A DNA stretch of 52,899 nt from Candidatus Methylomirabilota bacterium (GCA_046726415.1 JBKPAK010000245.1:1-52899), one strand, 5' to 3'. Counted from the first letter of the stretch, positions 39,001 through 49,096 are shown. The notes: generated by a model not told the origin, from the letters alone. Program-made: numbers and translations.

Positions 39001-40527
39001 GTGATGACACATCGATCTCTCGCTGCGGTGGCCCTCGTGGCCGCCCTCGCGCTGGCCTCCGTCGGGCCGGCCACCGCCCAGCCCAAGGACACCCTCACCG
39101 TGGCGTTGACCTCGCACGCGGATACCCTCGATCCCCACATGCACTTCCAGCGCACGGGCATCCTCGTCAACATCAACATGTTCGACTCGCTGATCCACAA
39201 GAACGTTAAGCTGGAATACGAGCCGTCGCTGGCCACGTCGTGGAAGCCGCTCTCCGACACCCTGTGGGAGTTCAAGCTCCGCCGGGGGGTCAAGTTCCAC
39301 AACGGCGATCCCCTGACCGCGGAGGACGTGAAGTATTCCTTCGACCGGGTGCTCGATCAGACCAAGAAGTCACCGCAGTACGGCAACGTGCGGGGGGTCA
39401 AGGAGGTCAAGGTCGTCGCTCCCGATACGGTCCACATCGCAACCGACAAGCCCTTTCCTCTGCTCCTGGAACGGCTGGTCTTCTTCCCCATCGTACCCAG
39501 GAAGCACATCGAGAAGGTTGGCGACCAGGCCTTCGGCGCCACCGCGGCCGTGGGCACCGGCCCCTGGAAGTTCGTCGAGTGGAAGCGCGACCAGTACATC
39601 CGGCTCGAGGCCTTCGACTCTCATTGGCGCGGCAAGCCACCCTTCAAGTACTTGGTGTTCCGAGCCATCCCCGAGGTCGCGACCCAGGTGGCCGAGTTGA
39701 AGACGGGCGGTGTCGATCTGATCCGAAACGTGTCGGCCGATCTCGTCCCCGACCTGAAGGGCTCTCCACAGACGTATGTCAGCTCGACCCCGATCCTCAG
39801 GACGCACTATGTCTCGCTGGACATGCGGACGGCGCCCTTCGACAAGAAGCTCGTCCGCCAGGCGGCGAATTACGCCATCGACCGGCAGGCCATCGTCCAG
39901 AAGATGATGGGCGGCCTTGGCGGGGTGCTGGCGACCACCGTTCACCCCGCGGCGTTCGGCCACGACCCCTCGGTGACTCCCTACCCTTACGACCCGAAGA
40001 AGGCCAAGGCGCTCCTGGCTCAGGCGGGCTATCCCAACGGGGTCGACATCACGATGCATAGCTCGTTCATCGAGTTTCGCCCGGTCTTCGAGGCGCTGGC
40101 CCAAATGCTCTCGGAGGTTGGCCTCCGCACGACGCCGCGCGTGTGGGATCCCGGTCCGGCCTACAACAAGTTCTTCCAGGGCGAGGGAAAGGCCACGCAC
40201 GCCGCCTACGGAAGCTGGGGTTACTACTCCGTGTTCGACGCCGACGCCATCCTCCACCCGCTCTATCACACCGAACCGGGGGGATGGATCGGCAAGTGGT
40301 ACGTGCGCATGGAAGGACTCGATGTCCTCATCGACCAGGGCCGCTCCACCTTGGACCAAGCCAGCCGCAAGCGGACCTACGCCCAGATCCAGCGGCTGCT
40401 CAAGGAGGAGGCTCCCAACATTTTCCTCTTTCATCAGTATGACACCTTGGGCGTGGCGAAAAAGGTGGACTACCAGGCGCGCGGCGACGAGTGGCTCTGG
40501 CTGTTTGACGCGAAGCCCCGGAACTGA
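39001..40527 (+). CDS. Peptide/nickel ABC substrate-binding protein (family 5)
   Basis: AGGAGG RBS, signal peptide, TLDPH, KFHNGDPLTAEDV, VGTGPWKF and VRQAANYAIDR. Confidence 0.93.
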   Translation: MMTHRSLAAVALVAALALASVGPATAQPKDTLTVALTSHADTLDPHMHFQRTGILVNINMFDSLIHKNVKLEYEPSLATSWKPLSDTLWEFKLRRGVKFHNGDPLTAEDVKYSFDRVLDQTKKSPQYGNVRGVKEVKVVAPDTVHIATDKPFPLLLERLVFFPIVPRKHIEKVGDQAFGATAAVGTGPWKFVEWKRDQYIRLEAFDSHWRGKPPFKYLVFRAIPEVATQVAELKTGGVDLIRNVSADLVPDLKGSPQTYVSSTPILRTHYVSLDMRTAPFDKKLVRQAANYAIDRQAIVQKMMGGLGGVLATTVHPAAFGHDPSVTPYPYDPKKAKALLAQAGYPNGVDITMHSSFIEFRPVFEALAQMLSEVGLRTTPRVWDPGPAYNKFFQGEGKATHAAYGSWGYYSVFDADAILHPLYHTEPGGWIGKWYVRMEGLDVLIDQGRSTLDQASRKRTYAQIQRLLKEEAPNIFLFHQYDTLGVAKKVDYQARGDEWLWLFDAKPRN

Positions 40528-40554
40528 CCAGCCGCCAGCGAGCGGGGCCCGGCC

Positions 40555-41469
40555 GTGACGGCGCTCATTGTCCGTCGTGTGATCCGCTTCGTGGTCGTCT
40601 GCATCGGCGTGTCGCTGGTCACGTTCCTCATCCTGCAGGCTAGCGGCGATCCCGTCTCGCTCATCATGCCGGAGGCGCCGGACGCCGATAAGGCGGTGCT
40701 CCGCAGGGCCCTGGGCCTCGACTAGCCGCTGGCCGTGCAGTTCGCGCTCTTCGTAGGCTCGAGCCTGCGCGGCGACTTCGGCAACTCCTTCTTCCACCGC
40801 CAGCCGGCCGCCCAGCTCGTGCTTGAGCGCATGCCGACCACGCTGACCCTGACCCTGATCGCCATGATGCTGGCCCTCGGGGTCGCCCTGCCCGTCGGCA
40901 TCCTTAGCGCCGTGCGGCGCAACTCGGCCATCGATCACGCCTCGACGGTCACCGTGTTCGTGGGCCAATCGATGCCCGTGTTCTGGACGGGCATCATGCT
41001 CATCTTGCTCTTTGGCGTCCGGTGGAGGGTGTTGCCCGTGTCGGGGTGGTCCACCTGGGCCTCGGTGGTGCTCCCTGCGGTCACCCTGGGCGCGTTCTCT
41101 GCCCCGCTGTTCCTCCGCATCGTCCGCTCCAGCATGCTGGAAGTCATCAATCTCGATTACGTGAGGACGGCCCGCGCCAAAGGCGTGGCGGAGTGGCTGG
41201 TGATCTGCCGCCACGCCCTCCGCAACGCCGCGCTGCCGCTGGTGACGGTGGCCGGCCTCCAATTCGGGATCCTGCTCAGCGGCGCCGTCATCACGGAGAC
41301 GGTCTTCGCGGTGCCGGGCGTGGGCCGGCTCATCGTGGGCGCCATTCGCCAGCTCGACTTCCCGGTCGTGCAGGCTGGCGTCTTCATGCTCGCCATGATC
41401 GTGGTCACCGTGAACTTCGCGGTGGATCTGCTCTACATCGCCCTGAACCCTCAGATCCGTTTGCGCTAG
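40555..41469 (+). pseudogene. DppB-like permease interrupted by an in-frame TAG at 40723-40725
   Basis: GTG 40555 reads MTALIVRR...GDPV...RRALGLD*PLAVQF and continues in the same frame to DYVRTARAKG and NPQIR. Confidence 0.85.
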
Positions 41470-41472
41470 ACC

Positions 41473-42384
41473 ATGGCTGTCGGGACCCTGCCCCGCCCCG
41501 ATCTCATCGACGCGGCCGTGGCCGCCGGCCAGACCGATGCCTCGCGCGTCTGGCGGAAACTGGGCCGAAATCCTTCAGCCCTCTTCGGCGCGCTCGTCCT
41601 GCTCGTGGTGGTCGGCGCGGCCCTGGCGGCACCGCAGGTCGCCCCCCACGATCCCGCGCGGCAAAGCCTGCTCCGGCGCTTCACGCCGCCGGTGTGGGAG
41701 AAGGGCGGCAACGCCACCTATCCTCTGGGCACCGACCAAGTGGGCCGCGACATCCTGAGTCGCCTCGTCCACGGTGCGCGCATCTCCCTCCTGGTGGGCG
41801 TGTCGGCCGTGGTGGTGAGTTTCGTCGTGGGGGTGAGTCTGGGGCTTGTCAGCGGCTTCGTGGGCGGCCGCGTCGACACGGTAATCATGACGATCGTCGA
41901 CATCACCCTGTCCTTCCCGCCCATCCTTCTCGCCCTGGCCTTCGTAGCCGCGCTCGGCCCGAGCCTGGTCACCATCATCGTCGTGCTGGGGCTGACCGGC
42001 TGGGAGCGCTATGCGCGCGTGGTGCGGGCCGAGGTGCTCGCCCTGCGGGAAAAGGACTTTGTCGAGGCCGCGCGCGCCATGGGGGTGGGCACCACGCGCA
42101 CGCTCGTGCGCCACGTCCTCCCCAATACCTTCTCGTCGATCATCGTGCTCTCGACCCTGCAGGTGGCCCAGGCCATCCTGCAGGAGGCCGCCTTGTCCTT
42201 CCTCGGCGTGGGCAGTGGCAGCGCCTATCCCACGTGGGGGCAGATGATCTCGCTGGGCCGCGACTTCGTGACCGTGGCCTGGTGGCTTCCGACGTTCCCC
42301 GGCCTGGCGATTCTGCTGACCGTCCTCTCCATCAATCTCGTAGGCGATCGGTTGCGCGACGCGCTCGATCCGCGGGCGACCTAG
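41473..42384 (+). CDS. DppC-like permease
   Basis: LGTDQVGRDILSR, FVEAARAMG, EAALSFLG and GDRLRDALDPR. Confidence 0.93.
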   Translation: MAVGTLPRPDLIDAAVAAGQTDASRVWRKLGRNPSALFGALVLLVVVGAALAAPQVAPHDPARQSLLRRFTPPVWEKGGNATYPLGTDQVGRDILSRLVHGARISLLVGVSAVVVSFVVGVSLGLVSGFVGGRVDTVIMTIVDITLSFPPILLALAFVAALGPSLVTIIVVLGLTGWERYARVVRAEVLALREKDFVEAARAMGVGTTRTLVRHVLPNTFSSIIVLSTLQVAQAILQEAALSFLGVGSGSAYPTWGQMISLGRDFVTVAWWLPTFPGLAILLTVLSINLVGDRLRDALDPRAT

Positions 42385-42468
42385 ACGCGCGCATCGGACC
42401 GCCGCGGAACGCCCCGAGCCGTGAGGTGGAGGCCATACCGCGCCCCGGCGATGCTAAGCTCATCCGTG

Positions 42469-42657
42469 ATGCCCGCCAAGATTCCGTGGATCCCGTCTCG
42501 CCTTCAGCCCGGTACCAACGCCGAGCGCTGCGCGCGCTGCGGGCGACGGGCGGTGATTCCGTGGATCCTCCGCCGCGACCCCCAGACCAAGCGGGTCCTC
42601 CGGACGTGGGTGTGCACGGAGTGTCAGGCGACCGAGGAGCGCCCCGAACCGGAGTAG
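42469..42657 (+). CDS. Small Zn-ribbon-like protein
   Basis: CARC...WVCTEC; extended -10 TGcTAAGCT just upstream. Confidence 0.65.
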   Translation: MPAKIPWIPSRLQPGTNAERCARCGRRAVIPWILRRDPQTKRVLRTWVCTECQATEERPEPE

Positions 42658-42683
42658 CCTCCCAGGCGGCCTGACGAAACCCG

Positions 42684-43715
42684 CTACAGCGAGTTCACGA
42701 AGTCGATCAGCTCGCGCAGACGCGCGTACGAGGCGCGATTGAAGGGCAGGACCAGCCGCGCCAGCTCTGGGAACTCCGACCGCTCGCGGCGGACGGGACC
42801 GGCGACCTCCTCGACCGGCCCGCGGAGGATGTCGGCGAAGTGGTGCTGGATGTCCTGCACGGCGGCCTGGCCGAGCGGGCGCTGCAGGCGGATGATGAGA
42901 TTTTCGCCGACAATCCTGGCCGAGTGATAGACGCGGTAGAAGCGGGTGATCTCCCCGACCGCTTCTTCCACCGAGTCGACAATCCGGTAGAACGACGTAT
43001 CCCTTCGGTCAATCAGCCGCTGCGGCACCAGGACACCGCGCACCCACTCTTCCCAGCGCGACCAGTAGGGCCGGGCCCCCGCCTCCACCATGACCACGGG
43101 AATGATGGCGGCCTTCCCGGTCTGCATGAGGGTGAGCACTTCGAAGACCTCGTCCATGGTCCCGAAGCCCCCGGGAAAGAGGGTGAAGGCGCTGGCCTCC
43201 TTCACCAGGAAGAGCTTGCGCGTGAAGAAGTACTTAAAGGTTACGAGCTTGGGGTCGGCGGCGATCCAGGGATTGGCCTCTTGTTCGAAGGGGAGCCGGA
43301 TGTTGAGACCGAAGCTCTGCTCGCCGCGCGCGCCCTCCTGGGCCGCACCCATGATGCCGTCGCCGGCGCCGGTGACGACCATCCAGCCAGCCTCCACCAT
43401 GCGCCGGCCGAACGCGCGCGCGGCCGTGGCCGCGGGCTCGCTGGGCGGGGTCCGCGCCGAGCCGAACACCGTCACTTTGCGGACGAGGCGGTAGGGAGCA
43501 AAGACCTTGTAGGCATAGCGCAACTCCTTGAGGGTGACATTGGCGATCTTGAGATCGCCGAGCTGCGCGCCGTCGTCATGGAGCTTGAGGACGGTGGTCA
43601 GGAGCTGCTGAAAGACGCCTCGCCGCTCCAGGGGAATGTCGGCCACCTCGAGCAGGTCGAGGATCAGGCGGTTGGCGGCGTCGCTCTTGGACTGATACCG
43701 GCGAACTTCGGCCAC
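42684..43715 (-). CDS. LOG/SLOG-family nucleotide phosphoribohydrolase-like protein (long form)
   Basis: VTVFGSART, TGAGDGIMGA, FKYFFTRK and PGGFGTMDE. Confidence 0.9.
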   Translation of the reverse strand: MAEVRRYQSKSDAANRLILDLLEVADIPLERRGVFQQLLTTVLKLHDDGAQLGDLKIANVTLKELRYAYKVFAPYRLVRKVTVFGSARTPPSEPAATAARAFGRRMVEAGWMVVTGAGDGIMGAAQEGARGEQSFGLNIRLPFEQEANPWIAADPKLVTFKYFFTRKLFLVKEASAFTLFPGGFGTMDEVFEVLTLMQTGKAAIIPVVMVEAGARPYWSRWEEWVRGVLVPQRLIDRRDTSFYRIVDSVEEAVGEITRFYRVYHSARIVGENLIIRLQRPLGQAAVQDIQHHFADILRGPVEEVAGPVRRERSEFPELARLVLPFNRASYARLRELIDFVNSL

Positions 43716-43729
43716 GTCTCAGTATACCG

Positions 43730-44618
43730 TCACGGCTCCGGCTTCACGGTGACGATGAGACCGGCCACGATGAGCGCACCGCCCACCGCGGTGAAGGCGG
43801 TGACCGCCTCGCCCAGGAGAGCGATGCCCAGCCCGGCGCCCAGGACAGGTTGCACGCTCAGGAAGATGGCGGCCCGCGGAGCCGACAGCCGGGCTAGCGC
43901 CCAGTTCCATAGGAGATACCCCAGTGCCGTGATGACCACAGAAAGGTAGCCGACGCCGACGAGCACGCCCGCGCTCCACGCGACGCTCGGTTGCCCCACC
44001 TGCTCCAGCACGGCCAGCGGGACGATGGCCGCCGCCCCCCACAGGATCGACTGAGTGGTGACGCGGAGCGGGTCATGGCGCAGGAGGACCTCGCGACCCA
44101 GGAGAGAGTACGAGCCGTAGGCGAGTCCAGCCAGGATGAGGAGCGCGTCGCCCCGCCAGTGGGGCGCGAGGCGCGCGCTCAGGCCGGGGATGCCATTGAC
44201 CACGACGAGCACCGTTCCCCCCAGCGCCAGGGCAGCGCCCGCCGCCTCGCGACGGGTCAGGCGCTCCCCGAGCAGGGCCGGCGCGAGCAGCATCACCGCC
44301 ACGGGCTCCACGATGATGAGGAGGGCGGCGTTGGTGACCGTGGAGCGCACAATGCCCCAGTGTGAGAGGGCAAAGGCGGCGGCAAAGCCGACGATGCCCA
44401 TGCCGGCGATGCGCCAGCGATCGGCTCTGGATACCCCGCCGGCGCGGCGGAGGGAGAGGCGGCCGCGGCACACCACGAGCAGGACGAGGGCGCCCAGGGT
44501 AAGGCGCGCGAGGGCCCAGCGTGGCCGGGGGAATCTGGTCGAGCACAATCCGTGAGGCCACGTAGGACGTCGAATACACGGCGTTGGCTAGGAGAAGGGC
44601 CAGGTCGGGAAAGCTCAC
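43730..44618 (-). pseudogene. EamA/DMT transporter with a +1 frameshift near 44515-44517
   Basis: One frame gives MSFPDLALLLANAVYSTSYVASRIVLDQIPPATL and another continues ALARLTLG...EPV...LLGE. One extra G in CTG-G-GCC joins them. Confidence 0.85.
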
Positions 44619-44716
44619 CGGCCACAGAGTACGACATCAGGGGGGCGGTAACCCGCACCGCGGTGGCCGGAGCAGATACCCCTGTGCCGTGTTTTGCCCC
44701 TCGGAGGCGCCCTGCC

Positions 44717-44995
44717 TCATTTGGCGGCAAGATAGGCGTCGATGACCTCTGCGTCGGACGACTTGATCGTCATGCCGTCGGGTCCGGCGCCAATTCGCGT
44801 CACCTGCTTGGCCAGCTCTCCGTGCTTCTTGAACTCCTCGAGGTCCTTTGAGCCGTCGCGCAACACCCAGAGGCGGCCATCCTTCACCTCGGTGTAGAAG
44901 CCGGGCCTGCTGAGGGAAGCTGGACTCGGACCGGTCGCGCACCCGAGCGTCGCGGCCAGCGCGAGAGGGATCGCGACGAGCTGAGCAAGCCGCAT
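44717..44995 (-). CDS. Small lipoprotein of unknown function
   Basis: GGAGG RBS, signal peptide with lipobox TLGC, and a compact domain DGRLWV...IGAGPDGMTIK. Confidence 0.8.
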   Translation of the reverse strand: MRLAQLVAIPLALAATLGCATGPSPASLSRPGFYTEVKDGRLWVLRDGSKDLEEFKKHGELAKQVTRIGAGPDGMTIKSSDAEVIDAYLAAK

Positions 44996-45102
44996 GGCAT
45001 ACACCCTCCCTGATGAGTGTTGAACCGAACAGGAGACTACCGGGGCCGAGTGTCGGGAGTGCTTCACGATCATGACGAATTCGCGTCAGCGCGCCCAGAG
45101 GT

Positions 45103-45147
45103 CCGTCACGGAATCTTCATGATTATTCAACGATCTCGCAATATGGT
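45103..45147 (+). promoter_or_regulatory. Pho-box-like 11-bp-period direct repeats plus a -10 box upstream of pstS
   Basis: CCGTCAC-ggaa-TCTTCAT-gatt-ATTCAAC, then 10 nt, then TATGGT. Confidence 0.6.
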
Positions 45148-45236
45148 GCGCGGACACTGCGCCAGACACGGAGCCCGATCGGTTGTTCGCAATCCGCCAG
45201 CGCAGGCTCGGCTGGCATCAGAGGGGGGTGCCTGCC

Positions 45237-46292
45237 ATGCGTGCTCGAGCCGGTCTGGCCGCGATCGTCGCGGTGGTATCGATGATCGTCCCGGCTCAGG
45301 GCCAGGACGCCAGCCGAGCGGGATCGCCCACCTCGAAGGTCATCGTCCGCGGGGCGGGCGCGACATTCCCGGCACCGCTCTACGAGAAATGGATCATGAC
45401 GTTCCGGAAGCAGAACCCGGACCTCGTCATCACCTATGACGTCGTGGGGAGCGGCGAGGGCGAAAAGCGCTGCTTGGCGAATGCCGTGGACTTCGGCGCA
45501 AGCGACGCGGCGTTGCGCGACGAGCAGCTGGCCAAGGTCAAGCCGGGCGCGCAGCTCGTACCGGTGACCGCCGGAATGGTCGTGCTCGCGTACAACCTCC
45601 CGGGGCTTGGCGGGGAGCTACGACTCAGTCGCGCCATCTTGGCTGACATTTTCGCGGGTAGGATCGCAACGTGGGACGATCCAAGAATCCGCGCCGACAA
45701 TCCAGGACTCGCCCTCCCGCGCCGCAGCATCGCGATGGTGGTGCGTCAGGACGGGAGCGGGACGACGTACGCGTTCTCGGCCCACCTGAGCGCGGTGAGC
45801 CCGTCCTGGCGCGACCATGGACCCGGCATCGGCACCCTCCTGAGCTGGCCGGGCAACACCATGCGGGCGCGCGGCAACGAGGGGGTGGCCGGACGGATCA
45901 AAGTGAGCGAGGGGTCGATCGGCTACGTGGAGTACCACTTCGCCAAGCGCCTCGGGCTTCCCATGGCCCACCTTCAGAACCGGGCCGGGCGCTTCGTGGC
46001 GCCGAGTGAGAACAGCGGCCAGGTGGCTCTGGCCCGAAACGCGAAGGAAATGCCGCCAAGCCTCCGCCTCTTCATGCCCGATCCCGAGGGCGAGGACGCC
46101 TATCCGATCGTGTCCTTCAGCTGGCTGCTCCTCTACGACCGGTATCCGGATCCGGAGAAGGCCACGGCTCTGAAGAAGTTCGTGTCGTGGGGGCTCACGG
46201 AAGGCCAGACCTACAGCCGCGATCTCGGTTACATCCCCCTGCCGGGTGAAGTCGCATCTCTATCCCTCGCCGCCTTGGCGCGCATTCGGTAA
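45237..46292 (+). CDS. pstS: Phosphate-binding protein PstS (E. coli type)
   Basis: GAGATFPAPLY, GSGEG, DFGASD, RQDGSGTT, IGYVE and AYPI. Confidence 0.94.
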   Translation: MRARAGLAAIVAVVSMIVPAQGQDASRAGSPTSKVIVRGAGATFPAPLYEKWIMTFRKQNPDLVITYDVVGSGEGEKRCLANAVDFGASDAALRDEQLAKVKPGAQLVPVTAGMVVLAYNLPGLGGELRLSRAILADIFAGRIATWDDPRIRADNPGLALPRRSIAMVVRQDGSGTTYAFSAHLSAVSPSWRDHGPGIGTLLSWPGNTMRARGNEGVAGRIKVSEGSIGYVEYHFAKRLGLPMAHLQNRAGRFVAPSENSGQVALARNAKEMPPSLRLFMPDPEGEDAYPIVSFSWLLLYDRYPDPEKATALKKFVSWGLTEGQTYSRDLGYIPLPGEVASLSLAALARIR

Positions 46293-46329
46293 CAAGGCGC
46301 ATCCCGGCGCTCGCGCGGGTTGATTGCTT

Positions 46330-47091
46330 TCAGGGGGTACGACGGCCCGCCCGAGACGAGGGCGCCCCTCCATCTGCGGCCGCCGGCGCGATCACCCCAG
46401 AGGCGATCCTCGGCAGCGCCGGCACCAACCACCGGCACAAGGCGGTAGCCGCCCCCGCGCCAGCGAGCTGGGCCGCGATAAACGCCGGGACATCCGCTGG
46501 GCGGATCCCCGCGAAGGTATCGCTCGCGGAACGAGCCAGGGTCACCGCCGGGTTCGCGAACGAGGTGGAGGCGGTGAACCAGTACGCGGCCGTGATGTAC
46601 GCGGCCACCGCGAATGGCACGGCGGACGACCGCGATCGCGCGCACCCCCAGATCACGGCCAGCAATCCGAACGTCGCCACGAACTCGCTGAAGGCCTGGG
46701 CGGCGCCCGCCCGGGCGTGCCGAGAGGCGAAGAAGAGCGACTCGCCGAACATGATGTGCGCCGCGGCGACGCCGCCGAACGCTCCGAGAACCTGGGCCAC
46801 GAGATAGGACGGAACCTCGCGCCAGCGAAGGCCGCCCTGCGAGGCATCGGCCAAGGTCACCGCGGGATTCAAGTGCGCGCCGGAGATCGGTCCGAAGGTC
46901 AGGAGGAGCGCCACCAGGACGCCCCCGGTGGCCAGCGTGTTCGCCAGCAGAGCGACCGCCACGTTGCCGCCGGCCAGACGCTCACCCATGATCCCCGATC
47001 CCACGACGGTGGCCAAGAGCAACGCGGTGCCGACGCCTTCCGCCACGACCCGGCGGGCCAGACTTCGCGAATCGGCGCCGCGCGAGGTCAT
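46330..47091 (-). CDS. MIP-family aquaporin of the arsenic-associated AqpS type
   Basis: VVGSGIMGERL, ISGAHLNPAVT and YWFTASTSFANPAVT. ATG overlaps the arsC stop. Confidence 0.88.
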   Translation of the reverse strand: MTSRGADSRSLARRVVAEGVGTALLLATVVGSGIMGERLAGGNVAVALLANTLATGGVLVALLLTFGPISGAHLNPAVTLADASQGGLRWREVPSYLVAQVLGAFGGVAAAHIMFGESLFFASRHARAGAAQAFSEFVATFGLLAVIWGCARSRSSAVPFAVAAYITAAYWFTASTSFANPAVTLARSASDTFAGIRPADVPAFIAAQLAGAGAATALCRWLVPALPRIASGVIAPAAADGGAPSSRAGRRTP

Positions 47092-47528
47092 GGCCGCGCG
47101 GCCCCCGTCTGCGGGGCGCGCTGGTGGAGCCATCCCGTGATGCGGGTCTTGATCTCATCGCGTACGCGGCGGAACACGGCCAGTCGCTCGTCGTCGCTGC
47201 CCCGCGCGATGGACGGATCGTCGAAGCTCCAGTGCGCGCGGGTGGCCGCCCGCGGGAAGACCGGGCAGGCCTCGTTCGCGCTGTCGCAGACGGTCACGAC
47301 GTAGTCCCACGGGTCGCCGAGAAATCGGTCCAGCGTCTTCGAGCGCTGGCCGGAGATGTCGACATCACACTCGGCCATGACCCGCACGGCCAACGGATTC
47401 ACCCCGCGCGCCTCGGTGCCCGCACTGGCGACCTCGAAGCGGTCGCCGGCGAGCTGACGCAGGAACCCTTCGGCCATCTGGCTCCGGGCTGAGTTGTGCG
47501 TGCAGAGGAACAGCACCCGCGTTTTCAC
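47088..47528 (-). CDS. arsC: Thioredoxin-type arsenate reductase (LMW-PTP fold)
   Basis: CTHNSARSQMAE P-loop, TVCDSANEACP resolving cysteines and HWSFDDP. GTG 47528 has a GGAG RBS. Confidence 0.9.
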   Translation of the reverse strand: MKTRVLFLCTHNSARSQMAEGFLRQLAGDRFEVASAGTEARGVNPLAVRVMAECDVDISGQRSKTLDRFLGDPWDYVVTVCDSANEACPVFPRAATRAHWSFDDPSIARGSDDERLAVFRRVRDEIKTRITGWLHQRAPQTGAARP

Positions 47529-47620
47529 GCTGTGATCTCCGCGCTCATCGACGCGCCGGTGAGGTCTTGCGTGCCGTCGCGGAGCAGCCCAGCACGACGA
47601 CGACCGCGGCCATCGAGGAC

Positions 47621-48277
47621 TCAGGCCAGCGTGTGCCGGACCATCTTGCTCTCCACCATGTAGATCACCATCTCGGCGATGTTGGTGGCGTGGTCGGCCA
47701 CCCGCTCCAGGAAGCGCGAGATCAGGATGAGGCGGATGGCCCGCGGGATGGTCTTGGGGTCCTCCATCATGAAGGTGAGGAGCTCGCGGAAGATCTGCTC
47801 CTTGAGGGCGTCGACCGCGTCGTCCTCCCCGCACACCCGCCGGGCCAGCTCGGTGTCGCGGGCCACGAAGGCGTCGAGGCTCTCCTTCACCATCCGTTGG
47901 GCCCGCTCGGCCATGCGCGGCAGATCGATGTACGGCTTGAGCTGAGGTTCGCGGTTCAGCTCGAGAACGCGCTGGCCGATATTGACCGCCTGGTCCCCGA
48001 TGCGTTCCAGGTCCGTCACGATCTTCATGGCCGTGGTGATGAAGCGCAGGTCGCTCGCGGCGGGCTGGTGAAGGGCCAGCAGCTCCACACACTTCTCGTC
48101 GACCTCGACGTCGTAGGAGTTCACCTCGCGGTCCCGCTCGATGACCTCCTGGGCGAGCTCGCTGTCGCGTTCCAGGAGGGCGCGAAGGACGCGGCGGATC
48201 TGGTCTTCCACCAGTCCACCCATGGCCAGCAGGGTTTGCTTGAGCGTCTCCAGTTCCTCGTGGAAGTGTCGCTGCAT
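47621..48277 (-). CDS. phoU: Phosphate signalling protein PhoU
   Basis: HQPAASDLR, DLERIGD and LERVADHATNIAE. Confidence 0.96.
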   Translation of the reverse strand: MQRHFHEELETLKQTLLAMGGLVEDQIRRVLRALLERDSELAQEVIERDREVNSYDVEVDEKCVELLALHQPAASDLRFITTAMKIVTDLERIGDQAVNIGQRVLELNREPQLKPYIDLPRMAERAQRMVKESLDAFVARDTELARRVCGEDDAVDALKEQIFRELLTFMMEDPKTIPRAIRLILISRFLERVADHATNIAEMVIYMVESKMVRHTLA

Positions 48278-48289
48278 CGTTCCCCCGGC

Positions 48290-49096
48290 CTACCCGAAGC
48301 GGCCCGTGATGTAGTCCTCCGTCCTCTTGTCGCGCGGATTCGTGAACAGCTCCCGCGTGGTGCCGAACTCCACCAACTCCCCGAGCAGCATGAAGCCCGT
48401 GTAGTCGGAGACCCGGGCCGCCTGCTGCATATTATGAGTGACGATCACGATCGTATAGCTGTTCTTCAACTCCAGCATCAGCTCCTCGATCTTCGCGGTG
48501 GCGATGGGGTCGAGCGCCGAGCACGGCTCGTCCATGAGCAGGACGTCCGGCTCGACCGCAATGGCGCGAGCGATGCAGAGCCGTTGCTGCTGGCCTCCGG
48601 AGAGACCCAGAGCGCTGTCGTGCAACCGATCATACACCTCGTCCCACAAGGCGGCGGCCCGGAGGCTTCGCTCCACGATGCCGTCGAGATCGTTCCGGGT
48701 CCCCACCCCCAGGATGCGGGGACCATACGCCACGTTCTCGTAGACCGACTTGGGAAAGGGATTGGACTTCTGAAAGACCATCCCCACTCGCTTGCGCAGT
48801 TCCGTCACATCCAGGCTAGGGTCGTAGACGTCGGTGCCCCCGAGACGGATCGTCCCGGTGATCCGAACTCCGTCGATGAGGTCGTTCATGCGGTTGAGAC
48901 AACGGAGGAGCGTGCTCTTTCCGCAGCCCGAGGGGCCAATGTAGGCCGTGATCCGGTGCTTGGGGACGGACATGGTCACGTCCTTGAGCGCCTGCTTGGC
49001 CTCGTACCAGAGGTTGAGCTTTTCGATCTCCACCATCGGCACTTCCATGATACCGGCCGGGATGGCGTGGGGATTGAGACTCGCGGTCACCTGCAT
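48290..49096 (-). CDS. pstB: Phosphate ABC ATPase
   Basis: [30 protein letters not shown] and YITGRFG. Confidence 0.97.
   Translation of the reverse strand: MQVTASLNPHAIPAGIMEVPMVEIEKLNLWYEAKQALKDVTMSVPKHRITAYIGPSGCGKSTLLRCLNRMNDLIDGVRITGTIRLGGTDVYDPSLDVTELRKRVGMVFQKSNPFPKSVYENVAYGPRILGVGTRNDLDGIVERSLRAAALWDEVYDRLHDSALGLSGGQQQRLCIARAIAVEPDVLLMDEPCSALDPIATAKIEELMLELKNSYTIVIVTHNMQQAARVSDYTGFMLLGELVEFGTTRELFTNPRDKRTEDYITGRFG

Noticed and set aside
40723..40725. Pyrrolysine or genome-wide TAG reassignment
   Set aside because: glgX, treS, pstA, pstB, dppC and others end at TAG at family-typical positions; no pyl genes are seen, and a permease loop is an unlikely Pyl site
47545..47613. 22-aa mini-ORF MAAVVVVLGCSATARKTSPARR between phoU and arsC
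   Set aside because: The lipobox-like LGC is suggestive, but it is too short and has no RBS; chance or a remnant
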